From: an uncultured Methanomassiliicoccales archaeon
GTDB lineage: Archaea; Thermoplasmatota; Thermoplasmata; Methanomassiliicoccales; CAZOLG01
Direction of reading: 5' to 3'
Assembly (NCBI GenBank): GCA_964580935.1
Contig: CAZOLG010000001.1
Location: 116,982 to 180,981, forward strand
DNA: 64,000 nt
Position numbers and translations under genes: made by a program. How positions within the stretch are numbered: position 1 is the first letter of the stretch; each line of letters begins with the position of its first letter. Shown here piece after piece: positions 48,687-59,491 of the stretch. The notes under the pieces were generated by a model, which did no database searches, was not told the origin of the DNA, and saw only the letters and a list, made by a program, of their open reading frames with translations.

Positions 48687-51600
48687 ATCGCCTCCTGTTC
48701 GGTGAGTCTCTCGGTCGCTATCCTCCTCACATCGGTGTGACCCAGCCTCTCCAGATCCTCCACAAAGTCCTTCATCACTTCAGCGAAACGCCTCCCTTCC
48801 GCCGCAGATATCCATTCAATCCTTATACGGTCCGGGTCTATACCGTGGTCCTTGACCATGGCTCTCAGACGCTCGGTCCTGTGCTTCATCTGATCGTTTC
48901 CCGAGCCATAGTGACAGTCCCCCGGGTGGCACCCTCCGATCAACACTCCGTCGGCCCCCTCCAGTAGGGCGTACAGTATGTAGAACGGGTCCACACGGCC
49001 GGAGCACATCACCCTGATGGGGAGTATATTTGGAGGGTACTGAAACCTGCTCACTCCGGCATTGTCCGCTCCGGCATAGGCACACCAGTTGCAGAGGAAT
49101 GCTATACCTCTCACCTCCCTGTCTTCCATCTCCCTTAGGGCCTCGTCGATCTGCGCGATAATCTGATCATTGGTGAAATTGAATATCGAGATCGCTCTTG
49201 AGGGACAGGCCACGGCGCACTTACCGCACCCCTTGCACTGGAGTTGATTCACCTCCGCCAGGACCTTGAACTCCGAGACCTTCATCCCCATCGCACCGTA
49301 AGGGCAAGCCTCTACACATCGGGCACACCCCGTACACATCTCTGAATCCACGAAAGCGGTAGTAGGCTCCTGCAATACGCTCCCCTTGATCATCGGGATC
49401 ATGGCCCGGCTGGCCGCGGCCATCCCCTGACTGACTGATTCCGATATATTCTTCGGACCGTGTGCCGTCCCTGCGACGTACACACCGTCAGTGGAGAAAT
49501 CCACTGGGCGGAGTTTGGGATGAGCCTCCAGGAAGAAACCATTCTCTCCCAGCGGTACCTTCAGCATCTCGGACAGTCTGTGATTGTCATCGCCGGGTAC
49601 CAAGGCCGTGGAGAGCACCACCAGGTCCGGCGTTATCATCAGGTTATCGTAAGTAACTATGTCCCTTACTTTGACCTCTAGACCTCCGGCCGTGTCCACA
49701 ATCGGCGGCTGGTCGGGGTCATATCGTACGAAATTAATACCCAGGTCCCGGGCACGAGTATAGTGTTTTTCCTGTAGCCCGGACACCCTCATATCTCTGT
49801 AGAGGCAGTAGATCTGCGTGGAGGGAGAAGCCTCCTTGAGTCTGATCATGTCCTTCACTGCGTTCTCGCAGCATATCAATGAACAGTATTCCCTCTCCTC
49901 GTTTCTGCAGCCTACACAGAGTATCTGAACAACGGTATCCGGGTCCTCGAGCCCCTGAGCCAATCTTCTCTCCAGCTCGACCTGGTCTATAATCCTGTCG
50001 CTCTTCTGATAGTTGTAATATCTGGATGTGTCCAGGTCCTTCGCACCAGTGGCCAGGACGATGGTACCGAACACCTCGATCCTACGGTCCAGAGTCTCGC
50101 TCGAGGCTTCTCTGCCCTTGAACTGGACAGTGAAATTGCCCACCGATCCGCTGATACCGATGATGTCGGTGGAGGTCATCGCCTCGATGTTTTCTCTGCT
50201 CCGTACTTCGTCAGCCATCTTGCTGGCTAATTCCTGTGGAACGACGCCCCTGAGGTCTTCGAGAGCCCTCTTCCTTGCCGATCCACCGAGATCGCTCGCC
50301 TTCTCCACTAGTACCACTGAGAAGCCCTTGGTAGAGATGGTGAGCGCCGCAGACATGCCAGCTATCCCTCCACCGATTACCAGGGCTGCCGGAGCCACCT
50401 CGTCCTCCATCAGCTCTCTAGGCTCCGAATATCGAGCGCTCGCAGTACCCATCCTAATAATATCCTTGGCCTTTTCAGTGGCCTTTTCCGGTTCTTCCTG
50501 GTGCACCCAACTGTCCATCTCCCTCAGGCTCACGAACTCCACCAGGTTCCTGTTGAGGCCCACCTCGCTGCAGGTGTCCCTGAACAGCTCCAGGTGGCTT
50601 CTGGGGCTGCATGCCCCGATGAGTATCCTGTTCAGGTCCTTATCTAATATATCCTGCTGTATCAAGTTCTGGTTATCCTGGGAGCAGGCATACATGCACT
50701 TACGTACGTGGGCCACATCAGGCAGGGTAGAAACGTAATCGACCACAGAATCCACGTCCACCACGCCCCCGATGTTAACTCCACAACTGCAGACGTACAC
50801 TCCGATACGGGGCGGGTCTCCACTACTCACCACGATCTCCTCCACCGCATCTCCCGCCTCTTCCTGTATCTGGCCTGTTGAGCACCGGTTCGCCGCCGAG
50901 GCGGCTGCGGCGGTAGCCTCGGCAACACTGATCGAAATGTCGTTCGGTCCACTGGCGCATCCGGCGACGAATATGCCATCTCTGGTGGTGGCTGCGTGAT
51001 CCGACTCATCAACAGTGACGAATCCCTCGTTTCCCACTTCAATGCCCAGGACTTCCGCCAGTTCCTGGGCACCTTCGCTGGGCACTATCGGAGTGAACAA
51101 CACCAGTAAATCGAAGACCCCTTCCTGTATACCGTCCGTGTCCGGGTTGTAGTAGCGGAGCAACAGATCGTTCGTCTGTGTCTCCTCCACCCCTCCCGGG
51201 AACTCAGATATCCTCTTGATGTGAGGGGACCTGGAGGTGCGGTTGAGGAACTCCTCATGGCCCTTACCCACCACTCTGAGGTCATTGTGGAAAACAAAGA
51301 CCTCTGAGTCGGGCAGGTGCTCCCTGGTCAGTTCTGCGTCCTTGGAGGCGTACATGCAGCAGACCCTAGAACAGTAGTCCCGGCAGTTCGTATCCCTAGA
51401 TCCAGCGCACAGTACGAAACCGATCTTGGAGGGGGACTCTCCGTCCGAGGGCCTGACTATCTGGCCACTGGTGGGCCCTGAAGCATTGAGCATCCGTTCG
51501 TATTGCAGTGAGGTGATCACGTTCTCGGCTCTACCTAGAGCGTACCTCTCGGGTATTCCCTCCGACATCAGGTCAAAGCCAGTGGTGACGATGATTGAGC

Positions 51601-52183
51601 AGACATCGAGGGTGACTTTCTCTGGACGGTCCTTATAATTGATGGCTTCCGAAGGACATTTCTTGTAGCAAACTCCACATTTCCCTTCGGTCAGCTTTAG
51701 ACAGTGACTAGAATCGATGGTGGCCACTCTGGGCACCGCCTGGGGAAAAGGCATGTAGATGGCCCTGCGTTGCCCCAGTCCTTCATCGAACTCGTCATCG
51801 ATATCCTTCACCGGGCATGTTTCCAGACATATGCCGCATCCGGTACACTTCTCTTCGTCCACGTAACGCGGTTTCCTCAGTACGTCAACACTGTACCCTC
51901 TCCCGTTCTCTTGAACACTTCTCACCTCGGAATAGGCGAGTACGTTGATCCGGGGATGTCTGTAGGCTTCCACCATCTTTGGAGCCAGGATACAGATTGA
52001 ACAGTCGAGGGTGGGGAAAGTCTTGTCCAGCTGGGCCATGTGACCGCCCAGCATCGGCTTCTTCTCCACGAGGAAAACTTCGATCCCTTGCTCGGCCAGG
52101 TTGAGTGCCGCTGAGATCCCGGCAATACCCCCGCCGATTACCATCACCGCATTGCTTCCATCTTTACAGGATTCTTTGTTCGT
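48683..52183 (-). CDS. hdrA: Large HdrA-like protein (two FAD modules) fused to MvhD; start uncertain (ACG 52183 or GTG 52147)
   Basis: Two GGGIAG Rossmann motifs, KTFPTLDC, CSRVCC, GVYVCSCG, CSLICC, EAHPKLRP, MvhD motifs FLCNWCAY, RVMCSGRV, GCHPGDCHY. Confidence 0.9.
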   Translation of the reverse strand, partial: TNKESCKDGSNAVMVIGGGIAGISAALNLAEQGIEVFLVEKKPMLGGHMAQLDKTFPTLDCSICILAPKMVEAYRHPRINVLAYSEVRSVQENGRGYSVDVLRKPRYVDEEKCTGCGICLETCPVKDIDDEFDEGLGQRRAIYMPFPQAVPRVATIDSSHCLKLTEGKCGVCYKKCPSEAINYKDRPEKVTLDVCSIIVTTGFDLMSEGIPERYALGRAENVITSLQYERMLNASGPTSGQIVRPSDGESPSKIGFVLCAGSRDTNCRDYCSRVCCMYASKDAELTREHLPDSEVFVFHNDLRVVGKGHEEFLNRTSRSPHIKRISEFPGGVEETQTNDLLLRYYNPDTDGIQEGVFDLLVLFTPIVPSEGAQELAEVLGIEVGNEGFVTVDESDHAATTRDGIFVAGCASGPNDISISVAEATAAAASAANRCSTGQIQEEAGDAVEEIVVSSGDPPRIGVYVCSCGVNIGGVVDVDSVVDYVSTLPDVAHVRKCMYACSQDNQNLIQQDILDKDLNRILIGACSPRSHLELFRDTCSEVGLNRNLVEFVSLREMDSWVHQEEPEKATEKAKDIIRMGTASARYSEPRELMEDEVAPAALVIGGGIAGMSAALTISTKGFSVVLVEKASDLGGSARKRALEDLRGVVPQELASKMADEVRSRENIEAMTSTDIIGISGSVGNFTVQFKGREASSETLDRRIEVFGTIVLATGAKDLDTSRYYNYQKSDRIIDQVELERRLAQGLEDPDTVVQILCVGCRNEEREYCSLICCENAVKDMIRLKEASPSTQIYCLYRDMRVSGLQEKHYTRARDLGINFVRYDPDQPPIVDTAGGLEVKVRDIVTYDNLMITPDLVVLSTALVPGDDNHRLSEMLKVPLGENGFFLEAHPKLRPVDFSTDGVYVAGTAHGPKNISESVSQGMAAASRAMIPMIKGSVLQEPTTAFVDSEMCTGCARCVEACPYGAMGMKVSEFKVLAEVNQLQCKGCGKCAVACPSRAISIFNFTNDQIIAQIDEALREMEDREVRGIAFLCNWCAYAGADNAGVSRFQYPPNILPIRVMCSGRVDPFYILYALLEGADGVLIGGCHPGDCHYGSGNDQMKHRTERLRAMVKDHGIDPDRIRIEWISAAEGRRFAEVMKDFVEDLERLGHTDVRRIATERLTEQEAM

Positions 52184-52394
52184 TTTATGACCTCCGGGCT
52201 ATTGGGACGTGAGAGAATAAACCAGTCGATTATAATATGCTTTTGTTACATCCAGAGTTTCATTATTACCGAAAATTTGCCCAATAAATTTTAAATAAAA
52301 GATTCGAAAGCTCCCCCTTTTTAGGGGGGATAAGATACTGCTTATTGTAGCCCTCCGGCTACAGCGAAGAACAGGGCGTGAGATGGGAAGTGAT

Positions 52395-52805
52395 TCAATG
52401 CAACCGCTTCAACATCTTCACGCAGCTGTCCACGGCCTCTCTTGCCTTCTCCACCCTTTTTTCTGCCTGTAGCCTGCTCATACCGGGGCCGCTGATGCCA
52501 AGACTCACCGGTTTACCGTACTCCACGGCCAGATCGGTGATCTTTCTAGAGGCGTGCTGAATGACGATCTCATCGTGCTCGGTCTCCCCTTCGATCACCG
52601 CTCCCAGAGTTACCACTCCGTCGATCCCGTCATCGTCCAGGAGCTTCTTAATGGCCAGCGGCATGTCAAAGACGCCTGGAACTTTGATCACCTTGGGCAC
52701 GTTTACCTCTAGGAACTCGGCCTGCGCCTGAGCCCTCTCCAGCATCATGGAAGTGATGTCGAAGTTGTATTCAGACACTACTATCCCTACGTTGAACTTC
52801 TTCAT
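52395..52805 (-). CDS. ribH: 6,7-dimethyl-8-ribityllumazine synthase
   Basis: VSEYN..IT, VPGVFDMP, LGAVIEGETEHD. Confidence 0.95.
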   Translation of the reverse strand: MKKFNVGIVVSEYNFDITSMMLERAQAQAEFLEVNVPKVIKVPGVFDMPLAIKKLLDDDGIDGVVTLGAVIEGETEHDEIVIQHASRKITDLAVEYGKPVSLGISGPGMSRLQAEKRVEKAREAVDSCVKMLKRLH

Positions 52806-52809
52806 ACTC

Positions 52810-53731
<922 letters not shown>

Positions 53732-53735
<4 letters not shown>

Positions 53736-54439
53736 TTAGTCTCCCTGCTACTCTGCCACTCCTCAACGATCTCTTCCCCTTCGAGGAAAGTGAGATCATG
53801 CTCCTCCGCATAGAGCATTGCTTTCTCTCTTGATAAAGCATTTCCGTCCTCGCCCATCATCTCGCAGATGGTGGCAGAGGGAATCATACCCGCCATTACC
53901 ATCAGCGCAGTACTGAGTTCGGTGTGACCGGCCCGGGTGTCCAGCAGTTGATTACTTGCTCTTAGAAGGATCACATGACCGGGTGATCTGAAATTCTTGC
54001 CCAGCTCTTTCCTGGCCCATCCGTCCTCATTATCGAATATCTCCCCGGCCAGGCTGGCGAATTCTGATATTGTGAACGCCCGGTCCCTGTCCGTAATGCC
54101 CGTGAATGTCTCCCGATGGTTGAGGGTGATGGAGAAGGCCGACTTGTTGTCATAGGGAATATCGTCAGGAGTGAGCCGGCCAAGTATTGGATATCTCTCT
54201 GAAGCTTCGCTAAACACGTCGGTCAGAAAGGGAAGATCCATTATCCCGCTTAGTTCGTCGTGAACGGTGGTGCAGATCAGCCCTCCGGCGTCTTTTCTCA
54301 TTGTTCTGATTGTCTCCGGAGTGACTTTGCTGGAGGAGACCACCATATCCGTTTCCCCCTCACGGTCTTCAGCATCGAAGACCAATACGATCTTTCCCTC
54401 TCTTAGGTCAGCTAGTGCTTTCCTCAGTAGTTCATTCAT
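53732..54439 (-). CDS. ribB: 3,4-dihydroxy-2-butanone-4-phosphate synthase
   Basis: REGETD, FTGITDRDRA, FRSPGH, GHTE, ICEM. Confidence 0.95.
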
Positions 54440-54617
54440 TTTTATTCGCTCTTCTGGCAAGGAAAGGTGATATATTATTCCTTCTGAAAATACACAATTC
54501 TTGGTAAAAGCAATTCAAATAGGCACTGGAAGGCACTGGAGACGGTGAACCCACATTGGACCTGATTACCGGTCTCGGTAGGAATGTTTTTTATGTCCAG
54601 TCGACAATTTGACCCCG

Positions 54618-55649
54618 ATGACCATCCTGGATAACCCCGAACAGATGAGAGAAGTGGATGAATCTGACATGATGGCCCAGATCGAGTCTTTTCCTAATGA
54701 TCTGGCGAGGTCCCTGCAGTCCCCTGTTGAATATTCATGGGAACCAGACAGCGTCTGCATATGCGGAATGGGAGGTTCAGCGATCGGGGGAGAGATAGTC
54801 GCCAACTACCTGGAGAGGGAGTCCGATAGGCCCACCTCGGTGGTGAGGGGAGGCAGTTTTCCAAGATGGGTGGATGAGAGGACTCTGGTCATAATCATCA
54901 GTTACTCCGGTAATACTGAAGAGTCTCTGCGCATGTTCAGGAGGGCTGTCCAAAAGGGTTGGGGCACGGTAGGGATTACCTCAGGCGGTGCTCTGATGCA
55001 GCTCTGCCAGGAATACGATTCTGAATGTATGGAGGTGCCCAAGGGGTATCAACCCAGGGCCGCCTTGGGTCATCTGCTGGGGGCAATAGCCACTGTAATC
55101 GAAGGAGCGGAGATCGTCGATCTCGCTTCGGAGATGACGAGGCTGGTGAGCCCGTTGAAAGATCAGGTGGATGAACTGAGGTGGGGAGTTCCCTCTGATC
55201 GGAACGTGGCCAAGAAGATAGCCCTGCAGCTGTCGGATAGGGTACCGGTCATATACTCCACACCCATGCTCAGCGCCGCCTCATCCCGGTGGCAGACCCA
55301 GCTGAATGAGAACGCGAAGATGATGGCCTTCGGCGGAATATTCCCGGAATGTAATCACAATCACCTGGTAGCATGGGTAGAGAGCAAACAGAGGAATGAC
55401 TTCATCCCGGTCTTCATCAAAGGTACCAGGGACTCCCCAGACGATATTGGGATCATGGACAAAACCATCGATTACCTATCGGAGACGGGCATCGACCCAC
55501 TGGTCATCTGGGCGAAGGGGAGGTCAGAAATTCACAACGTTCTCTCTGCTATCGTCATGGGGGATTTCGTCAGCTACTACCTGGCAATGTTGAAGGAAGT
55601 GAACCCCCTTCCCGTGCGGTGTATTCAGGAACTGAAGAGCAGGCTATAA
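54618..55649 (+). CDS. Bifunctional phosphoglucose/phosphomannose isomerase
   Basis: GMGGSAIGG, SYSGNTEE, QPRAA, NENAK, PE.NHN. Confidence 0.92.
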   Translation: MTILDNPEQMREVDESDMMAQIESFPNDLARSLQSPVEYSWEPDSVCICGMGGSAIGGEIVANYLERESDRPTSVVRGGSFPRWVDERTLVIIISYSGNTEESLRMFRRAVQKGWGTVGITSGGALMQLCQEYDSECMEVPKGYQPRAALGHLLGAIATVIEGAEIVDLASEMTRLVSPLKDQVDELRWGVPSDRNVAKKIALQLSDRVPVIYSTPMLSAASSRWQTQLNENAKMMAFGGIFPECNHNHLVAWVESKQRNDFIPVFIKGTRDSPDDIGIMDKTIDYLSETGIDPLVIWAKGRSEIHNVLSAIVMGDFVSYYLAMLKEVNPLPVRCIQELKSRL

Positions 55650-55740
55650 CCGCGTTAGTGTCCAGATCATCGCTGGCCGACCAGTAACATCGGAACGCGA
55701 AAGTATTTTTACGCGATTTCTCATGTGATGCAGAGAGAAT

Positions 55741-57018
55741 ATGAAGGAAGACTCTTTCTGGATTAGAGAGCAAGTGAAGACTCATAACAAGTGGTTCGAG
55801 GAATCGTTGCCGTTGATTGCCTCTGAGAACTTGATGAGTCCGCTGGCCAAGGAGATGATGGTTTCTGATTTTCATGATCGGTACGCAGAAGGATTGCCCG
55901 GAAACCGGTTCTATATGGGTAACAAATATGTGGATGAAGTGGAGATCAGAACTCTCGAACTGGCCAAGAGGATATTCAATTGTTCTTTCGCCGATGTACG
56001 GCCCATCTCAGGGACGGTGGCCAATATGGCTGTTCTATTCGCCCTCTGCGAACCGGGGGACGTGATCACTTCTTCATCGCTGTCTCAGGGGGCCCACATA
56101 TCGACCGCCAAGTTCGGTGCTGTCGGTCAGAGGGGCGTCAGGTCGGTGAAATACGCCTGGGACAGAGAGAACATGAATATCGATGTTGAGGGCACCAAGG
56201 ATGTTATCCTGGAGACAGAACCGGTCATCGCTCAATTCGGTCTATCACTGTTCCTATTCCCGCCTCCGTTGGAGGAACTACGGGAAATCTTCCAGGAAGT
56301 GGGATGCACGGTCTGGTATGATGGGGCCCATGTTCTGGGTCTGATCAGTGGTGGGGAGTTCCAACAGCCCTTCGAAGAGGGGGCGGACATCATGACCGGG
56401 AGCACCCACAAGACTTTTCCCGGTCCTAATCATGGCATCCTGCTGGCCAACGATATCTCGGAGGAGATGGAGAACAAACTCCATAAAGCCGTGTTCCCGG
56501 GAGTTACCAGCAGCCATCATCTGCACGCCATGGCCGCCCTGGGTGTCACGCTAGGTGAACAGGAGGTCTACGGTGAGCGGTACGCGCGGCAGGTGATCGC
56601 AAACGCTAAAGAACTGGGCGCTCAGTTGTATGAACTGGGTATGGAAGTCCTCTGCCCCCATCTTGACTTCACTGAGTCACATATACTGGCCATCGATGTC
56701 TCCGAACATGGCGGCGGGAAGAAAGTCTCCCAGGCTCTAGAGGACGCCAACATCATCACCAACAAGAACATGTTGCCTGATGACAAGAGTGCCATCAACC
56801 CCAGTGGGATAAGGCTTGGTACTCAGGAACTGACCAGGGTGGGTATGGGCGAGAGTGAGATGAAAGAGGTCGCCCGTCTGGTGTGGGGGGTGGCCTCTGA
56901 GGAGAAGAAGCCAGAAGAAGTTAAGGAGGAGGTTAAGGAACTGAAAAGGGGATTTACCACGACCCAGTACTGCATAGGGGGGGACAAGGAGGCCTATGAG
57001 TATCACGACTTTCTCTGA
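55741..57018 (+). CDS. glyA: Serine hydroxymethyltransferase (archaeal type)
   Basis: LIASEN, YAEG, DGAH, STHKTFPGP, SGIRLGT. Confidence 0.96.
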   Translation: MKEDSFWIREQVKTHNKWFEESLPLIASENLMSPLAKEMMVSDFHDRYAEGLPGNRFYMGNKYVDEVEIRTLELAKRIFNCSFADVRPISGTVANMAVLFALCEPGDVITSSSLSQGAHISTAKFGAVGQRGVRSVKYAWDRENMNIDVEGTKDVILETEPVIAQFGLSLFLFPPPLEELREIFQEVGCTVWYDGAHVLGLISGGEFQQPFEEGADIMTGSTHKTFPGPNHGILLANDISEEMENKLHKAVFPGVTSSHHLHAMAALGVTLGEQEVYGERYARQVIANAKELGAQLYELGMEVLCPHLDFTESHILAIDVSEHGGGKKVSQALEDANIITNKNMLPDDKSAINPSGIRLGTQELTRVGMGESEMKEVARLVWGVASEEKKPEEVKEEVKELKRGFTTTQYCIGGDKEAYEYHDFL

Positions 57019-57935
57019 TCCTTTCTCTCTTCCAGCTGCCTGAGCAGTCGGCACGCCTTACACCTGTCATCAAGAGCAGGTTCTCCACACTCGCAGATTG
57101 CCAGTGACGCTGCTTCGTACTCTTTCTTGAGCAACGGCTGGATAGCGTCATGACTGGCCAGTATCGAGTACCTGGTGCCAGGACTCCTATCCTCCAGACC
57201 ATCGATGATTTCCCGATAATCGTTCCTCAGGGCGGGATCAGCATAGGGACAGGTACTGTCTGAAAAAGGTATCTGGCGCAGAATGGCGAACAGATATGAT
57301 TCCTTCTCCGGTATCTTCCTCAGAGGTTGGATTCGGGGGACCAGTCCGGGTTGGACCTCAGTATGAGGTCCCATCCTGGCCATCCTCTCCACATCCCCCC
57401 TGGCGAAATTCATGAGGACTGATTGTGTGGTATCGTCGAGGTTGAGTCCGGTGGCTAGGAGATCGGATCCGTTCTCTCTGGCGGTCATGTTAAGACATTT
57501 ACGTCTCAGCACGCCGCAATACGTGCAGGGTGTCTTCTCTTCAATTAGATGAACTATGTCATCCATTTCCATACAGAACTCCTCCGAGAAACTGACGACC
57601 TGGAGTTCAACGCCAAGCCTCTCAGTGAGCGCCTCCGCCTCCTTCACGCTGGCAGGTCTGTAGCCTGCTATCCCCTCGTCGATGGTGATGGCCTTCACCT
57701 CAGTGTCCCGCCTTTCTCCCAGTATTTCGCTGAGCAGGGTCAAAGCCACAGCACTATCTTTGCCCCCTGAGAGGGCCACAGAGACGGTCAAACGGCCATC
57801 AAAACTGATCTGATCTCTGATCTCCCTCTTCACCCGCTTTTCCACGTATTCAATAAAATGCTGTTGACAGAGATGGGTACCATTGTACCTGATAAATGTC
57901 ACCGGTCTCTGGCCACACTTGATACACCTGGACAC
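57003..57935 (-). CDS. tRNA 2-thiolation protein (TIGR00269 / TtuA-NcsA family)
   Basis: CIKC...C..H, SGGKDS PP-loop, CTYCGVLRR, CPY, C-terminal Zn finger; GTG 57935 preferred. Confidence 0.9.
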   Translation of the reverse strand: MSRCIKCGQRPVTFIRYNGTHLCQQHFIEYVEKRVKREIRDQISFDGRLTVSVALSGGKDSAVALTLLSEILGERRDTEVKAITIDEGIAGYRPASVKEAEALTERLGVELQVVSFSEEFCMEMDDIVHLIEEKTPCTYCGVLRRKCLNMTARENGSDLLATGLNLDDTTQSVLMNFARGDVERMARMGPHTEVQPGLVPRIQPLRKIPEKESYLFAILRQIPFSDSTCPYADPALRNDYREIIDGLEDRSPGTRYSILASHDAIQPLLKKEYEAASLAICECGEPALDDRCKACRLLRQLEERKDQRKS

Positions 57936-58101
57936 AGACCTCTTACCCTTATCCGCTCTATAAAGATTTCGGAATCTCTGGTTGTCAAAGGACCATCGGG
58001 ATTCTGATCTGCAGCCTAGTAGGGAGACCCTCTGTTTACTTCCGGACAGGTGGGGCAAAACTATTTTTGTTAAATATTGCTTTAGACCGCTGAGGGCTTC
58101 G

Positions 58102-59061
58102 ATGAGGGAAATTTGGACTGAGAAGTACAGGCCTAAAGAGCTGAAGGACGTGGTGGGACAGAAAGGAATAGTGGAACGTCTTCAGGCCTATGCTGAAACA
58201 GGGAGCCTCCCTCATTTACTATTCTCGGGACCAGCAGGAATAGGAAAGACGAGCTGCGCCTTGGCCCTCTCCAGACAGATATACGGTGAGGGGTGGAGAC
58301 AGAACTTCCTTGAACTGAACGCTTCGGACGAGAGGGGAATCGATGTGGTCAGGGGTAAGATCAAGGAATTCGCTCGAACATCACCGCTGGACGGCGACTT
58401 CAAGATCATCTTCCTGGATGAGGCTGATTCTCTCACAAGCGATGCCCAGGCTGCTCTCAGGAGGACCATGGAGAGGTATAGCCGAATATGCAGGTTCGTC
58501 ATGTCCTGCAACTACGCTTCCAAGATCATCGATCCTATACAATCGAGATGTGCGCTGTTCAGATTCCGCCCCCTCAACTCGGAAGAGGTGAAGGAGTACA
58601 TAGCTGAGATAACCGAAAAGGAGGGCGTGGAGATTACCGAAGATGCCCTGGACGCACTGGTCCATGTCGCTCATGGAGATATGAGGAGGGCCATTAACTC
58701 GCTACAGGTGGCCGCTTCCTTGGGCAAGGAGATCACCGTGGAAGTGGTCTACCAGACCACCGGTACGGCTCATCCGGAGCAAGTGGTAGAGCTCCTGGAG
58801 ACGGCGCTCGGTGGTGATTTCATGAAGGCAAGGAACAAGTTGGATGAGATGATGATCGAGTATGGTCTCTCTGGAGAAGACATCATTAAGCAGATCCATC
58901 GCTCCTTCTTCGAGCTGAACATCCCAGATATTGAAAAAGTGAAGCTGATAGACAAGACTGGGGAGATCGAGTTCAGGATCGTGGAGGGCAGCAACGAAAG
59001 GATACAGCTGGAGAGCCTTCTTGCCCACCTGGTGCTCATAGGAGAAACCAGGAACGTGTGA
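58102..59061 (+). CDS. rfcS: Replication factor C small subunit
   Basis: WTEKYRP, GPAGIGKT, ELNASDERG, LDEAD, QSRC; no intein. Confidence 0.96.
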   Translation: MREIWTEKYRPKELKDVVGQKGIVERLQAYAETGSLPHLLFSGPAGIGKTSCALALSRQIYGEGWRQNFLELNASDERGIDVVRGKIKEFARTSPLDGDFKIIFLDEADSLTSDAQAALRRTMERYSRICRFVMSCNYASKIIDPIQSRCALFRFRPLNSEEVKEYIAEITEKEGVEITEDALDALVHVAHGDMRRAINSLQVAASLGKEITVEVVYQTTGTAHPEQVVELLETALGGDFMKARNKLDEMMIEYGLSGEDIIKQIHRSFFELNIPDIEKVKLIDKTGEIEFRIVEGSNERIQLESLLAHLVLIGETRNV

Positions 59062-59124
59062 TCCCCCTTTCCTTTGCTAAAGTTTTTATAATCCCTTTTT
59101 GTTCCCTCCACTGAGAGGGAAAAG

Positions 59125-59274
59125 ATGGCACGGTTCAAAGAGGCCGATGAAAGGCTTCTCAATAAGAAGATTTGCATGAAATGCGATGCGAGGAATGCAA
59201 TGCGAGCCACAAGGTGCAGGAAGTGTGGCTATCCAAAGCTCAGGCCAAAGGCGAAGGAGAGCCGTAAGACGTAG
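59125..59274 (+). CDS. rpl40e: 50S ribosomal protein L40e (not in the ORF track)
   Basis: Manual translation: [49 protein letters not shown]. Confidence 0.95.
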   Translation: MARFKEADERLLNKKICMKCDARNAMRATRCRKCGYPKLRPKAKESRKT

Positions 59275-59491
59275 AAATGTTGCCACGCTGAAGGCCGATC
59301 TAGGTCTAACCACCGTGTTCCCAGCAACTACCTAGACCCTCAAGTTTTCTCTGCGGTAATTGTTGTGAATGTTCAAAGTATGTGGATCCTGATGGCTCAT
59401 GATGCAGGTATTCTAAATCTAATAGCATATTTTTTATGCGACTACCATAATTACGATACTGTTAGATAATCCAGCCTCGGGAAGGAAATAG

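Noticed and set aside
15856..52195. Selenocysteine (TGA) recoding in the HdrA/MvhD/FrhB proteins
   Set aside because: All ORFs are uninterrupted and the relevant motifs carry Cys; no in-frame TGA within conserved domains
52311..52330. C-run/G-run hairpin downstream of ribH
   Set aside because: Plausible terminator but simple homopolymer arms; insufficient support to call
54522..54540. Direct repeat GGCACTGGA x2 between ribB and pgi/pmi, considered as an FMN riboswitch or operator
   Set aside because: Only two 9-mers; region too short and lacks RFN consensus
58102..59061. Intein in the RFC small subunit
   Set aside because: Normal 319-aa length with contiguous motifs
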